A stretch of 64,000 nucleotides of DNA, taken from an uncultured Leptospiraceae bacterium. GTDB taxonomy: Bacteria > Spirochaetota > UBA4802 > UB4802. The translations under genes were made by a program, and so were the position numbers. Where the stretch lies: contig CAYFSO010000003.1 of the NCBI GenBank assembly GCA_964345775.1, positions 10,859-74,858 on the forward strand, given 5' to 3'. Positions 9,060-18,001 of the stretch are shown here, in pieces. The notes beneath the pieces were generated by a model. The model saw only the letters and a program-made list of their open reading frames with translations, did no database searches and was not told the origin of the DNA. The number at the start of each line of letters is the position of its first letter. Within the stretch, counting starts at the first letter, position 1.

Positions 9060-10271
9060 TCAACGACTATTCATGATTTTTTTGCGGAGGCGTTGCTCCC
9101 GCTTCAGGAAGCGTTGCTTCATGACTTCGATTTTCTCAGTATGTAAAGCCGGGAGGGCAGTATCAATATGGGAAGTGTTTAACAGCTGATTGGCCCTGCT
9201 GCAATAATTAAGGGCATGCTGATAGTCCTTCTCCCGGTGCTCGTAATGCTTGGCAAGCTCTTCCAGGGAGTAGAGGGACCCGTCCTTTTCCCAGAACTGG
9301 ATGGCAGTATCCAGCACACCCTTGCGTTTCAGGGCGGTGCTGTACTTCTTGAAAAGGGAACGGTCTTCAAGTATGGAATTGCCGCAGAAGTTTACCAGGT
9401 CAATGAAAAGATCGATGTCCCTTCGGTACAGGTGACGGGCGATATTCAAATGCGTGAGGTCAGGAAGGCGGTGAAACTGACCGTCACGAACCAACTGGTA
9501 GATGCCGTCGATGAAAAGCAGCAGGGAGGCCATGGATGTTATGTCAATTCGATTGTGTTCGATCACCTTTTCCAGCCTGGGGTCAGAGCCCTCCTTCTGA
9601 AAGGTGAAAAACACGTCGGGAATGAGCCAGCCGGGTATATCATCATCCCTGAATATTCCCAGCGAACGTTCCTCCATTGTTTTCAGGGAGCAGCTTTCGT
9701 ATACAGAACGGAACATGGCCCGGCAGGGATGCAGCAGGTCAACGTTATGCATGTCAACAGGGAATCCGGGAACGCGGTTCAGCCGGTAGCGGCTCTTGAT
9801 AAGTGGTATATCGAAACTTTTCCCGTTAAAAGAGACCAGCGCATTGAATTTTTGAAAGTAGGGAAGCAGGCTGCGCAGTATGGCCGACTCCGCGGAGTAG
9901 TTGTGCATGAAAAACTGTTCAACAACGAAATTGCCGCCGCTGACATATCCTATTCCTGTAAGGAATGGATAATTTCCCGTTCCCGTTGAAAGGGAGGTGG
10001 TTTCCAGGTCGAAAAAGAGAAGTGAGGGAAGGTCAAGTATCTCACCTTTCCCCTGAATGGAGGAGTAGCCCCTAAGTTCCATCTGGCCGGAACCGGTAAA
10101 CCCTTCCGGAAATAAATCCTTGAGTGGATATACTTCAGTAAATTTCCAGAAAACCGAATGGCCGTCTGTTGACCGGGTCCCTCCCAGCGATTCAAGGAAG
10201 GGGACCTCGTCCGACTTACTGGAGACGGTCTCAGTGGAGCTGTATATTTTCAGTTTGTCTTTCAGGTTCAC
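9060..10271 (-). CDS. mrfB: YprB/MrfB-like RNase H-fold 3'-5' exonuclease with C-terminal helical domain
   Basis: DEDD-like motifs LFFDLETTSL and FNGKSFDIPLI; immediately downstream of and overlapping the YprA-like helicase. Confidence 0.72.
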   Translation of the reverse strand: MNLKDKLKIYSSTETVSSKSDEVPFLESLGGTRSTDGHSVFWKFTEVYPLKDLFPEGFTGSGQMELRGYSSIQGKGEILDLPSLLFFDLETTSLSTGTGNYPFLTGIGYVSGGNFVVEQFFMHNYSAESAILRSLLPYFQKFNALVSFNGKSFDIPLIKSRYRLNRVPGFPVDMHNVDLLHPCRAMFRSVYESCSLKTMEERSLGIFRDDDIPGWLIPDVFFTFQKEGSDPRLEKVIEHNRIDITSMASLLLFIDGIYQLVRDGQFHRLPDLTHLNIARHLYRRDIDLFIDLVNFCGNSILEDRSLFKKYSTALKRKGVLDTAIQFWEKDGSLYSLEELAKHYEHREKDYQHALNYCSRANQLLNTSHIDTALPALHTEKIEVMKQRFLKREQRLRKKIMNSR

Positions 10272-12519
10272 TGGTCAACGTCCTGAGCACCTCTACTACC
10301 AGGGCTTTGGCGTCCCCGCTGTCATGGGGTATTGGGCCGATACAGCCCGGACACCCGTTCTCGCAGTTACAGCGGGCAATAACGGTAATAGATTCGTCGA
10401 TTATTGTATCTATAATATCATAAATACGGTCGGAAATGCCAATCCCCCCGGGAATCGAATCGTAGATATATACGGCCGGCTTACCGCTGAAGCTTGACCG
10501 GGTCTGGTGCTGCACGTGAATATCGGTGATATCACTCAGGGTGAAAAGGGGCGTGATGTTGCGCATGATGTAGGCGATGGAATAAAGCACTTCGCCGGAG
10601 CGGTCCCGTCCTGCTGCCTGTTCAAGGTAACTGTCGTCAAAGTCGATCCAGGCCGCGGAAGTATGCATTTCAAGCTCGGGCAGAAATATCTTGCCCCATC
10701 CAAGGTTTTCATGGGTGTCAAACTTGATCTTCTTGAACATGATGGCCTTGGTGCGCACGTTGATCTCACCCAGCGAGATGACCGCTGTTGCCATGTTCCT
10801 GGATCGGTGCTGCTCAAGCACGTGCAGGTCGGTTTTCTCCTCGGCGTCGGTGTAATAATCAGATTCCACCTCGTGACAGTATGCCATGCGGCGTTCCCAG
10901 TCAAGCCTGTCAATGTAATACTGGCGGCCCTGGTGAATGTAGATGGCATCATCATGTATCAGCGTGGGGGCGGACGGGAAATCCACCTCACCGATCACGG
11001 TGGCATGGTCGTCCTTGTCCACGATGACAAAGTTCTCCCGGGATGCCGTTCTAAGGGAGATCTCGTTGGCGGGGTAGATGTCGCTCATCCAGTGATACTT
11101 ACCCTCCGCGCTCTTTAGTATGCCCATCTCCTCCAGGTATTCAAGCATCTCTCTGGTGGTGGATAGATGTTCGGCAAAACGTTCATCGTATGAGAATGGC
11201 AGCTCGAAGGCGGCGCATTTTACGTGATCCATGAGTATGAGGATATTGTCGGGGTTTATTGTGGCCGACTCGGGGTTCGATGAAAGTACGAACTCCGGGT
11301 TGGCGGCGATGTACTGGTCAAGCGGGGAACTTGTAGAGATCATTACCGACAGGGAAGCGGTTCCCCTTCTTCCGGCACGGCCAAACTGCTGGTGCATGGA
11401 CGAGATGGACCCGGGGTATCCCACGGTGACGGCGGCATCAAGCATGCCGATATCAATGCCGAGTTCAAGGGCATTGGTGGACACCACTCCCTGTATGGTT
11501 CCCTCCCGCAGCCCCCTCTCGATACTGCGGCGTTCATTGGGAAGAAAACCTCCGCGATAGGCGGCGATCTTCTTTCCCCGGCACTGCTTTTTCAGGTATG
11601 TGGCGATGATCTCTACCCTGAGCCTGCTGCGTGCAAACACTATGGTGGGGATCTTGTTGTTGAGTATAATCCCTCCCACCCTGGCGGCTTCCTTCACCGC
11701 AGAGGCGCGTATGCCAAGCTGCCGGTTTACCACAGGGGGGTTGTAGATGACGTAATGCTTTTCCCCACGGGGGGCCCCGTTGTTGTCAACAAGGGTAAAC
11801 CGGCGGCTAATGAGCTGTTCGGCATGTTCTTTGGGGTTGTGAATAGTGGCCGAACAGCATATAAAAAGGGGATTGCTTCCGTAAAAGGCACATATTCGCT
11901 TCAGCCGCCTGATGAGATTGGCAAAGTGGCTGCCGAATACACCCTTGTAGCTGTGTATCTCGTCTATGACGATGAATTTAAGGTTCTCAAAAAGCTTTAC
12001 CCATATGGTATGATGGGGGAGTATACCTGAATGCAGCATGTCGGGATTGGTGATGACGATATTGCCGGCAGCCCGTATGGCCTTGCGGGCGGACTGCGGC
12101 GTATCGCCGTCAAATGTATATGTCTTTATTTCGCATTCTGCGGCATCGATGAGCTCCTGCAGCTCGGAAAGCTGGTCCTGTGAAAGGGCCTTGGTGGGGA
12201 AGAGGTACAGGGCCCGGGCCTGCGGGTCTCGTATCATGTGCTGCAGTACCGGCAGGTTGTATGCCAGGGTCTTCCCCGATGCGGTGGGGGTTACCACGAT
12301 CACGTCCTCGTTGCGCCTTACCGCGTCGTATGCCTCCCGTTGATGGGAGTAAAGACGTTCAATACCCCTTTTCCTGTACACGTCAACGATACGCGTATCG
12401 GCATCATGGGGAAATTCGGCGTACTTCGGGGGTACCGGTTCCACCTTCCACCAGTGTGAAACATTTTCCATGAACTCTTCCCGGGTACCCAGGTATTCTA
12501 TGAGCTGCTGTATATTCAT
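10231..12519 (-). CDS. mrfA: YprA/MrfA-like DEAD/DEAH-box helicase with C-terminal 4-Cys DUF1998 domain
   Basis: Walker A TPTASGKTLAY; helicase motifs; C-terminal CNCENGCPGC; start chosen at MNIQQLIEYLG, which matches the B. subtilis MrfA N-terminus from memory. Confidence 0.85.
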   Translation of the reverse strand: MNIQQLIEYLGTREEFMENVSHWWKVEPVPPKYAEFPHDADTRIVDVYRKRGIERLYSHQREAYDAVRRNEDVIVVTPTASGKTLAYNLPVLQHMIRDPQARALYLFPTKALSQDQLSELQELIDAAECEIKTYTFDGDTPQSARKAIRAAGNIVITNPDMLHSGILPHHTIWVKLFENLKFIVIDEIHSYKGVFGSHFANLIRRLKRICAFYGSNPLFICCSATIHNPKEHAEQLISRRFTLVDNNGAPRGEKHYVIYNPPVVNRQLGIRASAVKEAARVGGIILNNKIPTIVFARSRLRVEIIATYLKKQCRGKKIAAYRGGFLPNERRSIERGLREGTIQGVVSTNALELGIDIGMLDAAVTVGYPGSISSMHQQFGRAGRRGTASLSVMISTSSPLDQYIAANPEFVLSSNPESATINPDNILILMDHVKCAAFELPFSYDERFAEHLSTTREMLEYLEEMGILKSAEGKYHWMSDIYPANEISLRTASRENFVIVDKDDHATVIGEVDFPSAPTLIHDDAIYIHQGRQYYIDRLDWERRMAYCHEVESDYYTDAEEKTDLHVLEQHRSRNMATAVISLGEINVRTKAIMFKKIKFDTHENLGWGKIFLPELEMHTSAAWIDFDDSYLEQAAGRDRSGEVLYSIAYIMRNITPLFTLSDITDIHVQHQTRSSFSGKPAVYIYDSIPGGIGISDRIYDIIDTIIDESITVIARCNCENGCPGCIGPIPHDSGDAKALVVEVLRTLTSEPERQTENIQLH

Positions 12520-12598
12520 GTCAACTTTCGTATACCATACATATGTTCCGTGACATAATATTTCATTCAAGCGGGGGTTTTTGTCAACGTGATTTTTA

Positions 12599-13057
12599 TT
12601 ACATGTTATCACGTTTCAGGGCTCGCTGGAGTTCCCTGTCGGCTTCACGTTTCTGAATGGTCTTTCTCTTGTCGTAACGGGTTTTACCCTTGCCAAGGCC
12701 AAGAAGAACTTTCACCCGGCCGTTCTTTATGTAAACCTTGAGTGGCACAAGGGTAAATCCTTTTTCTTTGAGTTTACCGGTGAGGCGCTTTATTTCCTGG
12801 CGGTGTAGAAGAAGTTTACGTTCCCTGGCAGGCTCGTGGTTAAACTGGTTGCCCATTTCGTATGGTGATATGGTCAACCCCACGATATAGGCTTCCCCGT
12901 CCTTTATCCGGGCATAGGCTTCCTGTATGCTCACTTTTTTCTGACGAACCGCCTTTACCTCGGTTCCCCTGAGAACAATACCCGCTTCCATGGTATCATC
13001 AATTTCATATTCGAAGCGTGCCTTCTTGTTCTTTGCGATATCTATTATGCGGTCTTC
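12599..13057 (-). CDS. smpB: SsrA-binding protein SmpB
   Basis: KKARFEYEI...GTEVKA...LLLH core; start taken at internal Met (152 aa). Confidence 0.9.
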   Translation of the reverse strand, partial: EDRIIDIAKNKKARFEYEIDDTMEAGIVLRGTEVKAVRQKKVSIQEAYARIKDGEAYIVGLTISPYEMGNQFNHEPARERKLLLHRQEIKRLTGKLKEKGFTLVPLKVYIKNGRVKVLLGLGKGKTRYDKRKTIQKREADRELQRALKRDNM

Positions 13058-13180
13058 CATTTGGTGTTGCTCACTTTCAGTGTATGATGATGTAGTGCTG
13101 TAACAGTCAGCATTGCCGGTCAATTCATTTTTTGGTGATTTATATTATATTCACAGGCATTTCATAATATTTTTTGTTTT

Positions 13181-15376
13181 TCACTCTTTCCGCATGGCAA
13201 GGTAGGCTCCTGCGGCGATGAGGATAGTACTCAACCAGACGAACCATATAAGCCTTTTAAATGACACTTCCACGATGGCGCTGTCACCCGGAACAACGGC
13301 ATCTTTTGGTGGTTCTAAGTATAGCTGAATAATCTTATCCGAGACACTGAAATCCATGAGGGCAGCGGCTCTTTGTGTTCCCGGAAGAGTAGCCTGTATC
13401 TGGTTACGTCCCTCTCCCTTAAGGAAAGAAATGCCCGGTGAGATCATGTGTGTGCGGTTGTTACGGGTTACCTGCAGCCTGGCGAAGACCTTTACCTGTC
13501 CTTTCATCATTTTCATACGGTCAACATCAAACCCGAGAAACTTTATGCTGACATCCTGCAAGCTGGCAGTTTCTCCCCGTCTCAGCATGGCTGTTGAGAG
13601 TTTCTCTTTTCCTTCCGTGTACTGTACGGGGGCAATGTAGACGTCCCTGAAAAGTCCGTAATCTATATATGGTTCACGGTACAGGGAATTCATGGTGTCA
13701 TCAATGTAATAGGGGGTTTTTATCTCTTCAACTGTTCTTCCATGCTTGTACGTGAATACAAGGTCTGATCTTTTCTTGTCGGTAATTCCCCTGAAGGTGA
13801 GGAGCATGGAGTCTATTTTCGTTTCCCTGTTCTGTACAAGTTCTTTCTGAACAGAATGGGAGTGAAGATTAGATGCAATAATACCTATTACCAGTAATGC
13901 GACACCCATATGGGCGATCCGTGACGCAGAGATGACCTGTGATTTGCCGGTTACCAGGCTGGCAATATTCTGTATTATGTGAAATATGGCAAGTACCGTG
14001 AACACGTATGCCACAATGCGGCCGGTATGCTGTAAGTTGAAAAGAATCCCCAGCAGTATTGATGACAGGCCGGCTGCCAGCAGAAATATCCTGCTTTTGA
14101 GTTTGCCGGTAAGCACAAGGGTTGCCATAATAAGTAAAGTCAGTATGAGAATACCCAGTGGTATGGAGAGGGTGTTGTAGTATCCCGGCTGCACGGAGAA
14201 TGGCCTCTGAGAAAAAATGCCGCTCAGGATGGGCATTGTTGTTCCTATGAGAATGAAAAGGGTATAAAAAAGCATGGTGAGCATGCCGTATACAAGCAGG
14301 TTATCATAGGAGAACAGGGACTCGGAAAGAGGTTCCCCCTTCATCTGTGACCATCTGCTGATATACAGGAACGCACTTATGATGATATAAAAAATGATGA
14401 AAAAGAGTATATGCATGGAATACCCAACATTGCCGAATGAATGAACGGAAAAATCAGATAATACACCGCTTCGCGTAAGAAACGTGCTGAACAATACAAG
14501 TACGAAGGACGCAATGGCAAGGAATGTATTGGTGCGTACAAGCACGCCCTTGCGGCGCTGTAACAAAAGGCCGTGTAGAAGGACAACCAGCACAAGCCAT
14601 GGTATGAGGGAGGAGTTTTCAACGGGGTCCCAGCCCCAGTACCCGCCCCAGCCAAGCACCTTGTAGGCCCAGTATCCACCCATGAATATGCCGATACCAA
14701 GGAAAAGCACCGTGAAGCTTACCCACCTGTAGGCGCTTCTCAACCAGTTATTGAAGTCAGAGTGCATCATGCCGGCAAGGGCGTAGCCAAATGGTACGGT
14801 TGCGGCGGCGTATCCCAGGAAAAGTACGGGTGGATGCAGTATCATCCATGGATCCTGTAAAAGGGGATTCAGCCCTCCGCCGTCAGACGGGACAAAACCT
14901 TCACTTTGAAAGCCGGCAATATGGGCAAAGGGGCTTTTCATCGCCAGAAGGATGAGTATGAACATCTGGGTTATGGTTATCACGAAAAGAAGGATGTTTT
15001 CGTACCTGTCTTTCAGGCGAATGACTATTACGCCAATTACGGAAAGGAGCCATGCCCACAAAAGAAATGAACCTTCCTGTCCCGCCCAGAAAGCAGCGAT
15101 CTTGTACAGTATGTGCAGGTCCCGGGAAGAATAGTTGAAGACATACTGGTACTGAAAACTATTGCCCAAAAACGCGGCAAAAAGCATTATTGACGCGAAA
15201 GTGAGAAAGGCTCCCGAAAGATAAAAAAGGCGATGGGCAATCCCCAGCGACATGCGGTTTCCGCCGGCACTTCTTGCCAGGAAGATCAGTGTAAGAACGG
15301 AGATCCCAAGTGATAACAGTATCAATAGTGTTCCCAGGTTCATCATTTCTGCTCCTTCGTATATTTTGACGGGCAT
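13181..15376 (-). CDS. ccmF: cytochrome c-type biogenesis heme lyase CcmF
   Basis: WWD domain GWGGYWGWDPVENSS; >12 TM plus periplasmic C-terminal domain; last gene of ccm operon. Confidence 0.85.
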   Translation of the reverse strand: MPVKIYEGAEMMNLGTLLILLSLGISVLTLIFLARSAGGNRMSLGIAHRLFYLSGAFLTFASIMLFAAFLGNSFQYQYVFNYSSRDLHILYKIAAFWAGQEGSFLLWAWLLSVIGVIVIRLKDRYENILLFVITITQMFILILLAMKSPFAHIAGFQSEGFVPSDGGGLNPLLQDPWMILHPPVLFLGYAAATVPFGYALAGMMHSDFNNWLRSAYRWVSFTVLFLGIGIFMGGYWAYKVLGWGGYWGWDPVENSSLIPWLVLVVLLHGLLLQRRKGVLVRTNTFLAIASFVLVLFSTFLTRSGVLSDFSVHSFGNVGYSMHILFFIIFYIIISAFLYISRWSQMKGEPLSESLFSYDNLLVYGMLTMLFYTLFILIGTTMPILSGIFSQRPFSVQPGYYNTLSIPLGILILTLLIMATLVLTGKLKSRIFLLAAGLSSILLGILFNLQHTGRIVAYVFTVLAIFHIIQNIASLVTGKSQVISASRIAHMGVALLVIGIIASNLHSHSVQKELVQNRETKIDSMLLTFRGITDKKRSDLVFTYKHGRTVEEIKTPYYIDDTMNSLYREPYIDYGLFRDVYIAPVQYTEGKEKLSTAMLRRGETASLQDVSIKFLGFDVDRMKMMKGQVKVFARLQVTRNNRTHMISPGISFLKGEGRNQIQATLPGTQRAAALMDFSVSDKIIQLYLEPPKDAVVPGDSAIVEVSFKRLIWFVWLSTILIAAGAYLAMRKE

Positions 15377-15714
15377 TTTACAAGCAGGCGTTCCGCAACA
15401 AAGGTTTTGGTTGCGCTATCGTAACTGCCCAGTGCAACCACCTGCTGCGCGTGTTCAAAATTCAACGGTTTAGTTCCCTCGTGTGCTATCTTCAGTCTTG
15501 TCCCTTCATCATTTTTCATGTGAAACGAAAAAGATCCCTCGGTATGCCGTACCGGTGGTGTTTTAACAAGCTTGCCAATCACCTGTACGTATTCACCGGA
15601 TCCGATTGCCTGGTTAAAGGATACATACGGTGTCATCATATCACTCATCGAATAAAATGCAACACCTCCAAAGAAGAACACCAGGATAATGATCAGTATA
15701 TACTTAGCTTTCAT
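15343..15714 (-). CDS. ccmE: cytochrome c maturation heme chaperone CcmE, variant CxxxY type
   Basis: N-terminal TM anchor; OB-fold; heme-binding motif reads VKCPSKY (Cys replaces the canonical His of LAKHDENY); start at internal Met MKAKYIL. Confidence 0.8.
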   Translation of the reverse strand: MKAKYILIIILVFFFGGVAFYSMSDMMTPYVSFNQAIGSGEYVQVIGKLVKTPPVRHTEGSFSFHMKNDEGTRLKIAHEGTKPLNFEHAQQVVALGSYDSATKTFVAERLLVKCPSKYTKEQK

Positions 15715-15940
15715 TGATTTCCTTCTCCAGTCTTGATATGGTCCTGTGAAGATATACCAGGTACCCTGCAATGCCAAGCCAGGTGATCATAACCACTGAA
15801 AGTACCGTGTACAGGGCATCACTGGTTTTCTCTGCTGTATGTGCCGCTGTCTCTACGCCGGGTACGGAAGCAGAAACAGGAAGCGTGGCCAATAACATTA
15901 TTGCTAATAGTAGTATATACATATATTTAAAGAAGGTCAT
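15704..15940 (-). CDS. ccmD: CcmD-like small membrane protein
   Basis: Single TM followed by basic stretch (YLVYLHRTISRLEKEI), positioned between ccmC and ccmE with overlaps. Confidence 0.5.
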   Translation of the reverse strand: MTFFKYMYILLLAIMLLATLPVSASVPGVETAAHTAEKTSDALYTVLSVVMITWLGIAGYLVYLHRTISRLEKEINES

Positions 15941-16607
15941 TATTCTTATCCTCCAACTTTTGTTGTAGTACTGCTGTTCTCAACTGCAGGGTATACAGGT
16001 ACAGGAAAAACAGGGTAAACGATATAACTGAGATCACCAATGTTAACTTAATGGCCGGATCCATTTCAACCCTGTTACCTGTGTCTACTATAGCATCCGG
16101 GTGAAGTGAATCCAGTACCCTTGGTATTACGAATACCAGGAATGGTACGGTTACCATGGCAAAAACAAGATAGGCAGATGAAAGGGTATTCCTTTCAGGG
16201 TTGTCTTTCAGGGCAGCATGCAGGCTGAAATAGGCTATGTATATGAGCAGAAGCACCACGATTGATGACTGCCTCGGATCCCAGTTCCAGTAACTGCCCC
16301 AGCTTGCCTTTGCCCACAGGGAGCCCGTGACCACCGTTATGACACAGAATACCATTCCCAGGCGAGCGGCATGAAATGCCTTGGTTTCCATTAAGGGAAA
16401 TCGTTTGTTTCGGTCCCACAGGTACAAAAGTGAGGACAGGCCGGACATCACGAATGCCAGGACTGTTATCCATGCAACCGGAACGTGAAAATACAGTATT
16501 CTGCTGGTCTCTCCCAGTATTGCTGCCGGTGGTGTCCAGAGAAATGCCAGTAGTATTGACACCGGCATTAGTACGTAGAATAAGCTGAGTAATATGGTAT
16601 AAGCCAT
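15927..16607 (-). CDS. ccmC: heme exporter protein CcmC
   Basis: WWD motif WGSYWNWDPRQSS; 6 TM. Confidence 0.88.
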   Translation of the reverse strand: MAYTILLSLFYVLMPVSILLAFLWTPPAAILGETSRILYFHVPVAWITVLAFVMSGLSSLLYLWDRNKRFPLMETKAFHAARLGMVFCVITVVTGSLWAKASWGSYWNWDPRQSSIVVLLLIYIAYFSLHAALKDNPERNTLSSAYLVFAMVTVPFLVFVIPRVLDSLHPDAIVDTGNRVEMDPAIKLTLVISVISFTLFFLYLYTLQLRTAVLQQKLEDKNNDLL

Positions 16608-16710
16608 ACTTTTTAACCTTTCCGGGGGAAACGTGTCAGTTGTCCCTGTGATAGTGGGTAAGCTTATTTGGTTACAGTATTCTCTGTAAAGCTAAAAAAT
16701 GAAAAAAATG

Positions 16711-17379
16711 CTATGCTTCCTCCCATACCAGCGGGAAAAGGAGATACGAAACACACAGTAACGCCATGGAAAAGGCTGTTAAGAAAAGTATATTGTTCCA
16801 TGTAAAGACCATGCCATGGGTAATACAGCGGGTTGTTGCGTCAATGGTTACCCACAGGATGGGAAGGCTCACAGGAAAAGAAAGTATGGTGAAAAGAGAT
16901 CCCCTGCCGCCTGATTGCGATACGATGGCCCCGATTATGGTGGTTGCCGCGGTGATAGAAATGCCACCTGCAAGTGCGGTAATGAGAAAGGGGATAGGTT
17001 CGTATACATTGATGGAAAAAAAGAAAATACAGAAAGGCAGTATCAGTATTTCAAGCGTGATACACATGATTATATTGTATAAAAGCTTGGATAGAAAAAT
17101 TATTTCAACAGGTGTGTGAAGCTTTAGAAAAAGACTGGTGGATTCCTCGTGTTCCCGTACGAACACGTGGGCAAGGGAGTTCATGGCAGAGAAGAACAGT
17201 ATTATCCAGATGAATATGGCCTGTATCCCGGGGCGCATTATTGTGCCGCCTGTGGCGAAACTGATGGAAAGTGTTATGATAAAGGCAAATGCCATTGCCA
17301 CATTCACCGCGTAGCGGCCGCGGAACTCGACGGTGAAATCTTTTTTAATGTTATTGATTACTATTCTGACCAAGATCAA
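16711..17379 (-). CDS. ccmB: heme exporter permease CcmB
   Basis: 222 aa polytopic membrane protein between ccmA and ccmC. Confidence 0.72.
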   Translation of the reverse strand: MILVRIVINNIKKDFTVEFRGRYAVNVAMAFAFIITLSISFATGGTIMRPGIQAIFIWIILFFSAMNSLAHVFVREHEESTSLFLKLHTPVEIIFLSKLLYNIIMCITLEILILPFCIFFFSINVYEPIPFLITALAGGISITAATTIIGAIVSQSGGRGSLFTILSFPVSLPILWVTIDATTRCITHGMVFTWNNILFLTAFSMALLCVSYLLFPLVWEEA

Positions 17380-17986
17380 TGCTCCTGTGGCAGAGGTCTG
17401 CTTCGTGGGTTTCGTTCGTAGCTATGCACATTAGTGTAACTTTTCGAACACTTTCAAGGTATTCGTATACAATGTCCTTCCCGTGGGTATCCAGGTTGGA
17501 TCCGGGTTCGTCCATGAAAAGGATCCCCGGGCTGGTAACGGTTGCCAGGATCACCTTGAGCCGCTGAAGCATGCCGGTGGAATACTGTGATACGGGTTTA
17601 TGTCGATGTTGATACAGCTGGAACTTCTCAAGTGTATGTTGTAACATGTTCTCATCAAGAGGGGTATTGCCAAGGGCAAATTGTATATTCTCCATGGCGC
17701 TCAGTTCCCTGTATGGCATCAGGGCGGGGGACACCATCCCCAGGTGCCTGTATAATTCCCTGGCGGGGATCTCTTCCTCCCGGTACCGGTGGACAATATT
17801 GCCCCTGTCCGGTCTCCGAAGCCCGGCTGATATGAGCAGCAGTGTTGATTTGCCGGATCCATTTGGGCCGGTTAAGGCCATGGAATCTCCAGTTTTAAGA
17901 GAAAAATGGATACCACGAAAAATAATATTATTCCCGAACCGTTTCCCAATATTTTCAGCTTCTAAACTGTAGGTCTGATGTACCAT
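17351..17986 (-). CDS. ccmA: heme exporter ATP-binding protein CcmA
   Basis: ABC ATPase: Walker A GPNGSGKST, signature YSTGMLQRL, Walker B ILFMDEP. Confidence 0.85.
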   Translation of the reverse strand: MVHQTYSLEAENIGKRFGNNIIFRGIHFSLKTGDSMALTGPNGSGKSTLLLISAGLRRPDRGNIVHRYREEEIPARELYRHLGMVSPALMPYRELSAMENIQFALGNTPLDENMLQHTLEKFQLYQHRHKPVSQYSTGMLQRLKVILATVTSPGILFMDEPGSNLDTHGKDIVYEYLESVRKVTLMCIATNETHEADLCHRSIDLGQNSNQ

Positions 17987-18001
17987 GCCCTGTTTATGGC
18001 C

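Noticed and set aside
9216-9989. 257-aa plus-strand ORF
   Set aside because: Antisense to mrfB. It has no motifs and its composition is typical of a reverse-complement frame.
10507-12030. Plus-strand ORFs 10507-11118 and 11392-12030
   Set aside because: Antisense to the mrfA helicase, whose motifs are unambiguous on the minus strand.
12599-13123. Full 174-aa smpB ORF and 10231-12612 mrfA ORF starts
   Set aside because: The upstream in-frame extensions have no homology. Internal Met starts give canonical SmpB length and an MrfA-like N-terminus and remove the gene overlap.
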